The translations under genes and the position numbers were made by a program. Positions 39,621-49,626 of a stretch of 64,000 nt of DNA are shown one piece after another; position 1 is the first letter of the stretch, and every line of letters starts with the position of its first letter. Location: contig JAFDXY010000031.1 of the NCBI GenBank assembly GCA_018267725.1, forward strand, positions 23,778-87,777, read 5' to 3'. Under the pieces are notes generated by a model. It saw only the letters and a program-made list of their open reading frames with translations, was not told the origin of the DNA and searched no databases. Source of the DNA: Bacteroidota bacterium (GTDB lineage: Bacteria; Bacteroidota; Bacteroidia; Chitinophagales; Chitinophagaceae).

Positions 39621-42600
39621 ATGAAATACAGAGCACCATTCATTTGTACTGTGGTAGGTTTTTTATTTACCATTAATGTTTTTGCACAATCAACAAAAAT
39701 TATTAGCGATCCTGATGCTGCATTTAAGCAAGCTAAAGATTATTATCAGCAACAGTATTACAGTTTAGCCTACAATTTATTTAAAGATATTTATTACCAT
39801 CCTGTAAAAGGAAATTTTCCTTCAACCATTCAGTCTGAAGTAAAATATTATTACATTGTTTGTGGTTTAAAGTTAGATGATAGTGCTGCAGCAACTTTGG
39901 CGGTTGATTATATTAATTTAGATAATAACATTCCCAAAATTCAATCGTTAAGTTTCTATTTAGCAGAATATTATTTTAGAAGTAAAAACTTAACCGATGC
40001 ATTAACTTATTATAATAAAAGCAGTATTGAAAATTTAAGTAATGATGATGTAGCCGATTTAAAATTTCATAAAGGCTATATTTCATTTACAAAGCAACAG
40101 TTTAATGAAGCCAAGCCGTTGTTAGATGCAGTAAGACAATTAAAAAACAACAACAATTATTACGATGCTAATTATTATTACGGGTTTATTGTATTCTCTC
40201 AAAAAAATTATACTGAAGCATTAAACGCATTTAACGTAGTTGAAAATTATCCCGTATATAACAATATTGTTCCATTTTATATTGCAGAAATTTATTATTT
40301 TATTGGAGAAAAAGATAAAGCATTAACCTATGCCGAAACCAAAATAAAACAAGGCAATCAGTATTACGATTTACAGTTAAAGCAATTAGCAGGTCATTTA
40401 TGGTTCGATAAAAAAGAATATGCCAATGCACTTCCGTATTTAAAAGAATATGCTGCAAAAACCGATAAAATTAGAAGAGAAGATTTATACGAATTAAGTT
40501 ATTGTTATTATGCTGCAGGCAATTGGCAAGAAAGCATTACAGGCTTTAAACAATTAGGCGGCAAAGAAGATTCATTAGCACAAAACAGTATGTATTTATT
40601 GGCAGATGCATACTTAAAAATAAATGATAAACCGAGTGCCAGAAATGCATTTCAATTTTGTGCAACCAATAATAGCAACGTTGCACAAAAAGAAGTTTCG
40701 GCATTTAATTATGCAAAACTTAGTTATGAGTTAGGCTTTACAGATATTGCTTTAAAAGCATTACAAAATTTTATTGCAACTTATCCAACATCAATTAATT
40801 TATTAGAAGCTAAAGAATTAACCATTAGTGTTTTAGCAAATACAAGTAATTATAAAGAGGCTTTAAATTTATTCGAAAGTTTAAATGTAAAAACAGAAAT
40901 AGCCAAACAAATTTATCCGAGAATTTTATATGGTCGTGCTGTTGAAATGATTAACGATCAACAATTAGAAAGTGCAGATGTGTTATTAACCAAACTTATT
41001 GCTGCTCCTTATAATGAAAAACAAATACAATTAGCTTATTTCTGGAAAGGAGAAATTGCATACCGAAATAATAATTTGCAAGAAGCAATTAATTATTTGG
41101 TAAACTACTTAAAAAATCCGCAAACAAACGGAGAAGTAAATGCAAGCAATGCCAAATATAATTTAGCTTATTGTTTATTAAAAAGAGAACAGTTTACAAA
41201 TGCTCTTTCTTATTTTCAACAAGTTTCATCTTCTGTATCTACTGCTGCCACTGCATTAGAGCAAGATGCGTATGTACGTGCTGCCGATTGTTATTTTATG
41301 AACAAAAATTACAAAGAAGCAGTATTAATGTACAATAATATAATTGCTTTAAACACAAAAGGCTCCGATTATGCCTTATTTCAAAAAGCAATTATTGCTG
41401 GTGCGTACAATAAAACAAACGATAAAATTACTTTATTACAAAATCTTATTAAACAATTTCCTAATTCAACACTTATTGCCGATGCCAATATGGAATTGGC
41501 AAACACATATTTAGCCAACGAGAATTTTGCAAATGCAATTAATCCACTTCAACAAATATTAAACGATAAAGCAGCCTCTGTATTTTTTCCGAGAGCTTAT
41601 TTAAAATTAGGCGTAGCTTATTTTAATTTAGATAAGAATGATGATGCATTAAAAAACTTTACGCAGTTAGTTTCTAAATATCCTAATTCAACAGAAAGTG
41701 ATGAAGCTATTGAATACATTAGAAATATTTTTATTGAACAAGAAAAGCCGGGAGAGTTTATAACTTTTATGGCACAAAATGGTAAGCCGGTTAATTATAG
41801 TGAGCAAGACTCACTTACTTATCGCTCTGCCATGTTGCGTTACGATGCAAAAGATTTTGCTGCAGCACAAACAGGCTTTATATCTTATTTAAAATCTTTT
41901 ACCGATGGTAAGTATGCAATTGAAGCCAATTATTTTGTAGCCGAAATATTTATTACTAAAAAAGATTATAACAATGCATTGCCTTATTACAATGCAGTTG
42001 CAGCAAAAGCTCCCAATAAATATGCTGAACGCAGCAGTTTGCAAAGTGCAAGAATTTATTATTTTAATTTGAAAGATTATGCCAATGCAAGTAAATATTT
42101 TGCTCAATTAAAATCAATTGCTTCATTGCAAGAAAATAAATTAGAAGCCATGCGTGGTTTATTGCGTTGCCAATACAAATTGCAACAATGGAAAGAAGCA
42201 ATGGATAATGCACAAGATTTATTGAAAGAAAAAGCAATTGCAACCGATGATAAAATGATGGCCAATTTAATTTTAGGTAAAAGCTATCAATTAGATAGTG
42301 TGTTAGACAACGCAATACTTTCTTACAAACAAGTTACTTTATTAGGGAAATCTGAATTTAGTGCAGAAGCACAATACCACATTGCAGAAATATTATTACA
42401 ACAAAACAAATTGCCCGAAGCAGAAAAAGCAGGCTTTGAAACCATTAAAAAATATGGCTCGTACGATTATTGGGTAACCAAAAGTTATATTTTATTGGGA
42501 GATGTTTATGTTAAAGAAAAAGATTGGTTTAATGCAGAAGCTACTTATAAAAGCGTAGCAGAAAATGCAACCGATGCAACTTTAAAGAAAGAAGCATCTG

Positions 42601-42659
42601 ATAAATTAGCTATTGCAACAGCCGAAAAAGCAAAAACAGAAAAAGTAGAACAAAACTAA
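39621..42659 (+). CDS. Large secreted tetratricopeptide-repeat protein
   Basis: The ORF-track ORF starts at 39441, overlapping the thioesterase. I prefer the ATG at 39621 (MKYRAPFICTVVGFLFTINVFAQ). TPR-like A/Y/L periodicity runs throughout the ~1010 aa. Confidence 0.8.
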   Translation: MKYRAPFICTVVGFLFTINVFAQSTKIISDPDAAFKQAKDYYQQQYYSLAYNLFKDIYYHPVKGNFPSTIQSEVKYYYIVCGLKLDDSAAATLAVDYINLDNNIPKIQSLSFYLAEYYFRSKNLTDALTYYNKSSIENLSNDDVADLKFHKGYISFTKQQFNEAKPLLDAVRQLKNNNNYYDANYYYGFIVFSQKNYTEALNAFNVVENYPVYNNIVPFYIAEIYYFIGEKDKALTYAETKIKQGNQYYDLQLKQLAGHLWFDKKEYANALPYLKEYAAKTDKIRREDLYELSYCYYAAGNWQESITGFKQLGGKEDSLAQNSMYLLADAYLKINDKPSARNAFQFCATNNSNVAQKEVSAFNYAKLSYELGFTDIALKALQNFIATYPTSINLLEAKELTISVLANTSNYKEALNLFESLNVKTEIAKQIYPRILYGRAVEMINDQQLESADVLLTKLIAAPYNEKQIQLAYFWKGEIAYRNNNLQEAINYLVNYLKNPQTNGEVNASNAKYNLAYCLLKREQFTNALSYFQQVSSSVSTAATALEQDAYVRAADCYFMNKNYKEAVLMYNNIIALNTKGSDYALFQKAIIAGAYNKTNDKITLLQNLIKQFPNSTLIADANMELANTYLANENFANAINPLQQILNDKAASVFFPRAYLKLGVAYFNLDKNDDALKNFTQLVSKYPNSTESDEAIEYIRNIFIEQEKPGEFITFMAQNGKPVNYSEQDSLTYRSAMLRYDAKDFAAAQTGFISYLKSFTDGKYAIEANYFVAEIFITKKDYNNALPYYNAVAAKAPNKYAERSSLQSARIYYFNLKDYANASKYFAQLKSIASLQENKLEAMRGLLRCQYKLQQWKEAMDNAQDLLKEKAIATDDKMMANLILGKSYQLDSVLDNAILSYKQVTLLGKSEFSAEAQYHIAEILLQQNKLPEAEKAGFETIKKYGSYDYWVTKSYILLGDVYVKEKDWFNAEATYKSVAENATDATLKKEASDKLAIATAEKAKTEKVEQN

Positions 42660-42670
42660 AGTATTATACA

Positions 42671-44503
42671 ATGAATTTTGTACATAAAATATTATTAATT
42701 AGTTGTATTAGTTTATTTCCTTTTGTAATGCTTAACGCTCAAAAAACTACAAAAAAGAAAAAAGCTACAACAACCGCAACTAAAAAAATTGCTTCAAAAA
42801 AGAAAAGCAAAAAAACTACTGCAAGAAGAAAAACAAAAGCCAACACAAAAAACGAGCAAACCAATGCAGCTAACCCAATGGGCGAAACTATTAGAATGGC
42901 TGAAAAACAAAATACTGAAAATAAAGACACACTTACACCAAGAGTAGTTAATGTTACATCGGCATTTAAACCCGTTTTAAAAAACGCAGCCAAAATAAAT
43001 TTTACGGCAGCAACACCAGTGTTTGACTCTTCTAAAATTGATGTTACTTATAATATTCCATCACACAATTTATTTTTTAATTATCAACCTGTAGCTATAA
43101 AAGCAATTGCATATCAGCCAGATTCTGCAAGCATTTGGAGCAACAATCAATACATAAAAATTGGTTATGGTAATTATGCTTCTCCACATATTGAAGCAGG
43201 TGCAACTTTCGGAAATCCTAAAACAACAACTGTTAATCTTCATGCAAAATATCTTGCATCAAATGGAAATCTTCCGTTTCAAGATTATAATAAAACTAAT
43301 ATAGATGCCAACATTAATTTTAATATTTCAGAAAAAAATGAATTAATTGTAAAAGGCTTGTATTACAACAACAATCAATACAAATACGGTTTTACAACCG
43401 GTAGTTTTACTAAAGATCAATTACAACAACAATTTAATTTAATAGGCGGTAGTGTTGCTTTACATAGCAAAGGCATAAGTGAATATGGTATAACTTATCA
43501 TCCTGAAATAAACGTATCAAACTTTACAGATAATAGAAATGCCAATGAGTTTAGTGTATTAATTAAAGCACCAATTAATAAATCTTTCGGAAAATCTTTT
43601 GCTTTTGATTTATCTGCAACAGCAGATTTAAGTAAACTCTATCAACCAACCATTGCATTGCCTTATACTAATTTAAATAATAATTTATTTTACATTAATC
43701 CAACGCTTCAATTTAAAGCGGATAACTTTAAAATTAATGCAGGCATACAACCCAGTTGGGATAATAATAGTTTTTCTATGTTGCCTAATGTAAGTGCCGA
43801 AATAAAATTGAATGAAGAAAAAAAATTGGTAGGGGAAATAGGTTGGGTTGGTTCGTTTACAAAAAATACTTATCGTTCATTAACAGAGTATAATCCATTT
43901 ATTGCACAACCCGGTAATTTATTAAACACTAAAAATATAGAACAATATATTGGCATAAAAGGCAGTACAGGTAATCATTTTACTTATAATGCCAGATTTA
44001 GTTTGCTTAAAGTAAATAACCTTGCTTTATTAACTAATGATACTGCAACTAATAACAGTCAAACATTTGTTGCTTTATTTGAACCCGAATTGCAAGGCAT
44101 TAAATTGCATGGCGAAATTGGTTATACATGGCAAGAAAAAATATTTGCAACAGCATCAATTAATTATACAAACTATACGCAACAACAACAATATAACAAA
44201 GCTTGGGGTATTATTCCTATTGAAGTAAATGGCACACTGCGTTATAAAATAACAAAAGATTTTGTAGTAAAAGGCGATTTGTTTTTTTGGGATGGAGCCT
44301 ATTACAGAAACCCGCAAACCCTTGCTACCAGTAAACTTCCCGTTGCTATAGACCTTAATGCAGGTGCAGAATATACCATTGCCAAAAGGTTAAATTTATG
44401 GTTACAAATGAATAATGTTTTCAACAATAAATATCAACGTTGGAATCAATATCAGGTTTTAGGGTTTAATTTTTTAACAGGAGTTGTATATTCGTTTCAC
44501 TAA
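42671..44503 (+). CDS. Putative outer-membrane beta-barrel protein with a Lys-rich disordered N-terminal region
   Basis: 610 aa with a signal peptide, then KKTTKKKKATTTATKKIASKKKSKKTTARRKTKANTK. It has an alternating beta-strand pattern and a C-terminal aromatic end (GVVYSFH). Confidence 0.6.
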   Translation: MNFVHKILLISCISLFPFVMLNAQKTTKKKKATTTATKKIASKKKSKKTTARRKTKANTKNEQTNAANPMGETIRMAEKQNTENKDTLTPRVVNVTSAFKPVLKNAAKINFTAATPVFDSSKIDVTYNIPSHNLFFNYQPVAIKAIAYQPDSASIWSNNQYIKIGYGNYASPHIEAGATFGNPKTTTVNLHAKYLASNGNLPFQDYNKTNIDANINFNISEKNELIVKGLYYNNNQYKYGFTTGSFTKDQLQQQFNLIGGSVALHSKGISEYGITYHPEINVSNFTDNRNANEFSVLIKAPINKSFGKSFAFDLSATADLSKLYQPTIALPYTNLNNNLFYINPTLQFKADNFKINAGIQPSWDNNSFSMLPNVSAEIKLNEEKKLVGEIGWVGSFTKNTYRSLTEYNPFIAQPGNLLNTKNIEQYIGIKGSTGNHFTYNARFSLLKVNNLALLTNDTATNNSQTFVALFEPELQGIKLHGEIGYTWQEKIFATASINYTNYTQQQQYNKAWGIIPIEVNGTLRYKITKDFVVKGDLFFWDGAYYRNPQTLATSKLPVAIDLNAGAEYTIAKRLNLWLQMNNVFNNKYQRWNQYQVLGFNFLTGVVYSFH

Positions 44504-44521
44504 ATTTGGATTAAAGCATTC

Positions 44522-45100
44522 ATGTACAACATTTTTTACAAATATTTACTCTTAAACCATAAAGCAACTGTGCCGGGCATTGGCTATTTTGCTGTTGAAG
44601 AAACACCTGCAAAAATGGATTTTATAACACAAACTATTACGGCTCCTAATCAAGAGTTTAAGTTTGTTAATGAAGCCGGTGATTTATCAGATAAAACTTT
44701 TCTTTTATATTTATCAAAAGAATTAAACGTTAATGAAGTTGAGGCCACCAACCGTTTCAAACAGTTTGCACAAACAGTAAAAGAAGGTGCATTAAACGGC
44801 GGCGTAAATTTGCCAGGCTTAGGCACATTAAAACGCTCGTATGAAGATGTTATTTATTTTCTTCCCGAATATAATTACAACAAACAACCCATACTAACCA
44901 ATATTCATATAGAACAAACCGTTGCCGCCAATGCTAATTTGGTTGATTTATATGATGCAGGAGATACAAGAATTTTAAAACAAGAAAACGCACCCGCAGA
45001 AGAAAAAATTGTTATTCGCGAAAAAGAAGATTATTGGTGGGTGTATGCAATTATTTTAGCAATATTAGGGTTGGGGGCTTTGTTGTATTATTATATGTAA
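44522..45100 (+). CDS. HU-like (CCDC81-type bacterial HU domain) protein with a C-terminal TM anchor (tentative)
   Basis: 192 aa with an N-terminal YLLLNHKATVPGIGYF pattern and a C-terminal WWVYAIILAILGLGALLYYY helix. Confidence 0.45.
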   Translation: MYNIFYKYLLLNHKATVPGIGYFAVEETPAKMDFITQTITAPNQEFKFVNEAGDLSDKTFLLYLSKELNVNEVEATNRFKQFAQTVKEGALNGGVNLPGLGTLKRSYEDVIYFLPEYNYNKQPILTNIHIEQTVAANANLVDLYDAGDTRILKQENAPAEEKIVIREKEDYWWVYAIILAILGLGALLYYYM

Positions 45101-45138
45101 TACTAATAGGTAATCAGCTTTATATCTCTAATCAAATT

Positions 45139-45160
45139 CTGTTGCGTCGCACACTTGTAC
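45139..45160 (+). repeat. Copy 2 of the dispersed intergenic motif (CTGTTGCGTCGCACACTTGTAC)
   Basis: The core is identical to the other two copies. The extended match to copy 3 is TAATCAnnTTCTGTTGCGTCGCACACTTGTACnTTCT. Confidence 0.9.
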
Positions 45161-45190
45161 GTTCTTAACGCTATTCAACTTGCCTTTAAA

Positions 45191-46087
45191 ATGTCATTAA
45201 TCAATTACATAAAATGCCCTGCTTGTCAATCTTCCAGCATTAACAAAAATTTACAAGCAAAAGATTATACGGTAAGCAATCATATTTTTGAAATATGGCA
45301 TTGCAATAATTGCACATTACGTTTTACGCAAAACATTCCAGATGCAAACAATATAGCACCTTACTATCAATCTACAGCTTATGTTTCTCATTCAGATACA
45401 CAACAAGGATTAATTAATAAATTATATCATCTTGTTCGCAACAAAACTTTACAAACAAAAAAGAAATTAATTATTAACGAAAGTGGTTTACAAAAAGGAG
45501 TGTTGTTAGATGTTGGTGCAGGTACCGGAGCTTTTGTAAACACTATGCAACAAGCCGGTTGGATTGTTACAGGCTTAGAACCAGATGATTCTGCAAGAAG
45601 AATAGCAGCAAGTAAATATCAATTACAATTACAATCTTCTGAAAACTTATTCAATCAAAAAAATGAAAACTTTAATGTAATAACCATGTGGCATGTTTTA
45701 GAACATGTGCATGATTTACATAAATACATTGATACACTTTATAAAATATTAAAACCCAACGGCACATTAATTATTGCAGTACCCAATTATACAAGTTATG
45801 ATGCCGAAGTATATAAAGAATATTGGGCAGCTTACGATGTGCCAAGACATTTATATCATTTCTCTCCTAAAAGTATGGAATTACTAATGGGCTTTAAAGG
45901 CTTTACTGTAAAGGCTTTTAAGCCAATGCTGTTTGATAGTTTTTATGTTAGCATGTTAAGTGAAAAATATAAAACCGGAAAAAATAATTTAGTGAAAGCA
46001 GTTTATAATGGTTTTATTTCAAATCTTAAAACATTAGGTAATAGTAAAAATTGCAGCTCGGTTATTTATGTAATAAAGAAAAAATAA
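45191..46087 (+). CDS. Class I SAM-dependent methyltransferase with an N-terminal zinc ribbon
   Basis: The ORF-track start at 45155 is a TTG inside the repeat motif. I prefer the ATG at 45191 (MSLINYIKCPACQSS...WHCNNC). The SAM motif is LLDVGAGTG. Confidence 0.85.
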   Translation: MSLINYIKCPACQSSSINKNLQAKDYTVSNHIFEIWHCNNCTLRFTQNIPDANNIAPYYQSTAYVSHSDTQQGLINKLYHLVRNKTLQTKKKLIINESGLQKGVLLDVGAGTGAFVNTMQQAGWIVTGLEPDDSARRIAASKYQLQLQSSENLFNQKNENFNVITMWHVLEHVHDLHKYIDTLYKILKPNGTLIIAVPNYTSYDAEVYKEYWAAYDVPRHLYHFSPKSMELLMGFKGFTVKAFKPMLFDSFYVSMLSEKYKTGKNNLVKAVYNGFISNLKTLGNSKNCSSVIYVIKKK

Positions 46088-46091
46088 TTTA

Positions 46092-48647
46092 CTACTCTGT
46101 ATTTTTCTTTTTAATAAAATGAATAACTGCATTGTGTTGTAAATCGCTTGTAAGGTTTAGTGGAGTTCGTTTTCCGGTAGTATCGGTAATAATTACCAAT
46201 GCAGAGTTTGGTGGTTGCTGTCCTAAATTTTCTGCAAATAAAATAAGTATGTTATTATTTGAATTACTATTTATTGATGCTGTAAAACTAACAGGTTTAT
46301 CGGGTTGTAATAATTGTTTGTGTATTACTATTTGGTTATTGTAAACTACCGAAATACTATCGTAATCAAACAAACCATCATCATAAAAATCAATCTTTAC
46401 AGAATCAGATAAAGTATAAATTTCAAAAGGTTGTTTGTTTAATCGGGTAAAAATATTTTTAACAACAGTATTTTGTTCTGTATTAGTGGTATCGGCATTT
46501 TCAGTATTGGTTACTTCGGTAGGTTTAGTTGTTGTTTCAGATGTTTTAATAACTTTATTTGTATGTATTTCATCTTCATTAATTGGTTGCCTTTTTGCAT
46601 TGCCTGTTGTTAGTAAATTTATTTTAGCTGCTGTTTTTGTTTTTGCTTTAGCAGCTGTTTTAATTAATCTTGTGGGATATTTTGGTGCATTATCGGCTTG
46701 TGTTTTTTTAACTAACTCATCTAAAATTTCTATAATATCTATTTCTTTGCCAGATGGTATCCAATCGGCATTTTTTTCTTTAGTCAATAAAATATCTGCA
46801 CGTCTGTTTTGCATTTGTTCTGCTTCGTTATAAGAGCTATCATCTGCACAATATTTTACATAATGTTTTGCTACAAAATAATAAGTGCGTATTTTATTTC
46901 TTTCAATTCCTTTCTTAATTAAAAAATCTCTTACAACTTTTGCTCTTCTTATAGCAACATTTTTATTGGCTTCTTCTTTCCCTTTACAATCGGTAAAACT
47001 TCCTATTACAATATTTAATTCGGGTGTTTGTTTTAGTTTAGTAAATGCACTGTCTAATGTTGGTATATCTTCACTAAGAATATTGCTGCTGTTAAGTTTA
47101 AAGTAAATAGAATAACGAGCTTCTAATTTACTGTTTAAAGAATCTACAACATGTTTCCAAAAAGGAGTGGTATTTGTTTTTGGTGAAGTATCAGTTTTAT
47201 TGGTTGCTTTGGTTGTATCGGTTGGTTCTGTTTTTTTGTTTGAAGTTACAGTAACAGTATCGGTGTTAGTGCTAACTGTTTCTGTTGATTGTTTGGCAGC
47301 AACAATGCTATATATTTCTAAACTGTTATCGTTTTCTCTGTTAGAACTTAAATAAGCTGTGGTGTTGTATTGTTTGTAATAAAGTTCGTCTTTAGGTGTG
47401 TTAATAGGGTAGGACAATAATTCTGCTTTTTGCCATTTATTGGTTGATAAATTACCATTACTGCTATAAATATCAAATCCTCCAATACCATCTTTTCTGT
47501 GCGAACTGAAATATAAAATGTTTTGTTCATTATTATAGTATGGCGAAATTTCATCATCTGTTGTATTAATATTATATCCTAAGTTTTTAGCATCGCCAAT
47601 AATTTTCCCATCTTTTATTTCTACAAACCAAATATCAAATCCTCCAATGCTACCTTGCCTATTTGATGTAAACAATAAATATTTTCCATCGCTTGTTATA
47701 AATGGATGTTTGGCACTACTGTGTTTTTCATTTACAGGATATTCCATTTCTGTTGGGTTGCTCCATTCTGCATTAATACTTGTTCTTTTTATATAATATA
47801 TTGCGTTTAAATTTTTTCCTTTCCATGCAGTAAAATAAAGTGTAAGTCCATCAGGTGATAATGAAGATGCTGCCATTTCGGGGTTTTTCCCGTTTACAAT
47901 TGTTTTTCTAATTTCTTTTAAATTATTAAAATTTCCCCAATAAACCGTAAGTGGGTAATTTACTTTTTTACCAATAGTATCGGGTATTACACTACTATAT
48001 AAAAAAAGGCTATCGTTATATTGTTGTAAAGCAAAACTGTTATCAATGCCATTAATCGGTTGTGCTAATTTGGTGATAATTGGATTTTGTTTTGAATTAG
48101 TAATATCAACCATTACACGGCATTCTTCAATTTGTTGTTTGGCTGATTGTGTGTAATTATCATTTTCTTGATGATGAGCAATAAAGTCTTTGAATACTTC
48201 TATAGCCAATGCAGGATTATTACTATTTTTTAAACATTGTGCATACCAAAATTTTGATAAAGGATAACTACCTTCTTGTTTAAAACGAAAAAATTTTTCG
48301 TACATTCTGGATGCATTAATGTAATCGCCTAATTTTCTAAAACATTCTGCAACCTGATAAGTAAGATAAGCAGGATTATCATCAACTTTTTTAGGGCGGT
48401 ATTTATGATTGTACGGAATGAAAGGATAAACAATGCTATCATTATTCTTATCAACCGATAAAGCTTTTAAATAAAGTATTCCTGCTTGCTCATATCGTTG
48501 TTTTTGAAATTTAGCATCGGCCGCTTTGTGGTAAGAATTAATTTTTTGTGCAGTAGCTTTTGTTATGGGGGCGGTTATTGCAACCAATAAAAAAAATATA
48601 TTAGCTGTAAGCAGATAATTGTATTTGTGTTGATTTGTTTTCATCAA
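46092..48647 (-). CDS. OmpA-family protein with TPR, TolB-like beta-propeller repeats and a ~227-aa C-terminal extension
   Basis: 851 aa. The OmpA-like region is IVIGSFTDCKGKEEANKNVAIRRAKVVRDFL...NRRADILL. Upstream are WD40-like repeats (PFITSDGKYLLFTSNR, ISPYYNNEQNILYFSSHR). Confidence 0.8.
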   Translation of the reverse strand: MMKTNQHKYNYLLTANIFFLLVAITAPITKATAQKINSYHKAADAKFQKQRYEQAGILYLKALSVDKNNDSIVYPFIPYNHKYRPKKVDDNPAYLTYQVAECFRKLGDYINASRMYEKFFRFKQEGSYPLSKFWYAQCLKNSNNPALAIEVFKDFIAHHQENDNYTQSAKQQIEECRVMVDITNSKQNPIITKLAQPINGIDNSFALQQYNDSLFLYSSVIPDTIGKKVNYPLTVYWGNFNNLKEIRKTIVNGKNPEMAASSLSPDGLTLYFTAWKGKNLNAIYYIKRTSINAEWSNPTEMEYPVNEKHSSAKHPFITSDGKYLLFTSNRQGSIGGFDIWFVEIKDGKIIGDAKNLGYNINTTDDEISPYYNNEQNILYFSSHRKDGIGGFDIYSSNGNLSTNKWQKAELLSYPINTPKDELYYKQYNTTAYLSSNRENDNSLEIYSIVAAKQSTETVSTNTDTVTVTSNKKTEPTDTTKATNKTDTSPKTNTTPFWKHVVDSLNSKLEARYSIYFKLNSSNILSEDIPTLDSAFTKLKQTPELNIVIGSFTDCKGKEEANKNVAIRRAKVVRDFLIKKGIERNKIRTYYFVAKHYVKYCADDSSYNEAEQMQNRRADILLTKEKNADWIPSGKEIDIIEILDELVKKTQADNAPKYPTRLIKTAAKAKTKTAAKINLLTTGNAKRQPINEDEIHTNKVIKTSETTTKPTEVTNTENADTTNTEQNTVVKNIFTRLNKQPFEIYTLSDSVKIDFYDDGLFDYDSISVVYNNQIVIHKQLLQPDKPVSFTASINSNSNNNILILFAENLGQQPPNSALVIITDTTGKRTPLNLTSDLQHNAVIHFIKKKNTE

Positions 48648-48789
48648 CCAGTTTAAAGTTGTTAGGCTTTCATAAAATACGAATTATGTTTCTAAGTTAA
48701 GTATAAATAATTAGAATTGTTTTAATTTGTTTACTGCAAAGCGTATTGGCAAATACATGTATAAATTTTGATTGTATGTTCTAAGTACT

Positions 48790-49605
48790 TTAATTAAGCT
48801 TTACTTCAAACATTTTAGGCCAGTTTTTTCCTGTAATATAAAATATGTTTTTGGCACTATCATATGCAATACCGTTTAAAACATCTCTTTTTTCAGTTTC
48901 ATTAGCAGGGGCATATTTATCTAAAACACCTGTAAAATCAAGTATTCCAACTACTTTGCCTGTTGCTGCTTCTATCTTTACTATTTTATCAAAATCTGAT
49001 GTCCATGTATTGGCATATATAAAACCATTTACATATTCTAACTCATTTATAAATATAACGCCATTGCTTGTTGGCATACCAACAACAGGAACAGTTTTAG
49101 TTATAGCAAATGTTTCGGGATTGCGATAGAAAAGAATATTAGAACCGCTGTCCATAATAATTTCCTTGCCATTGTTCGTCATGCCCCAACCTTGCCCTTC
49201 ATATGTAAATGTATTTAGCAGCTTAAATGTTTTGGCATCATAAACAAAACATTTATTTTCTTTATATGTAAGTTGATAAATTTTACCATTCAACATGGTT
49301 AAACCTTCACCAAAATATTGTTTAGCAAGATTTACTTTTTGCAAATCTTTTCCGGTTGTAATATCGGTTTTAACTAAAAGGCTATTCCCTTTATAATCAG
49401 GATCGCCAGTGCTTTCATACAAAAAACCGTTATGAAATTCTAAACCTTCTGTATAAGAATCTATATTGTGTGGATATACATTGGTTATGGTATATGCAAT
49501 ATTGGGAATGGTAGAAGTTGCTGTTATAGGCTCATCAGGACTTGGATTGGTTTGACAACCAACTAAAACAATTGCCAAATTTAATATCCAAAATATTTTT
49601 TTCAT
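48790..49605 (-). CDS. Glutaminyl-peptide cyclotransferase (beta-propeller type)
   Basis: 271 aa with a lipobox (LVGC), YPHNIDSYTEGLEFHNGFLYESTG and GEGLTMLNGKIYQLTY. Confidence 0.88.
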   Translation of the reverse strand: MKKIFWILNLAIVLVGCQTNPSPDEPITATSTIPNIAYTITNVYPHNIDSYTEGLEFHNGFLYESTGDPDYKGNSLLVKTDITTGKDLQKVNLAKQYFGEGLTMLNGKIYQLTYKENKCFVYDAKTFKLLNTFTYEGQGWGMTNNGKEIIMDSGSNILFYRNPETFAITKTVPVVGMPTSNGVIFINELEYVNGFIYANTWTSDFDKIVKIEAATGKVVGILDFTGVLDKYAPANETEKRDVLNGIAYDSAKNIFYITGKNWPKMFEVKLN

Positions 49606-49626
49606 AAAGTTGTTTGTTATTGTAAA

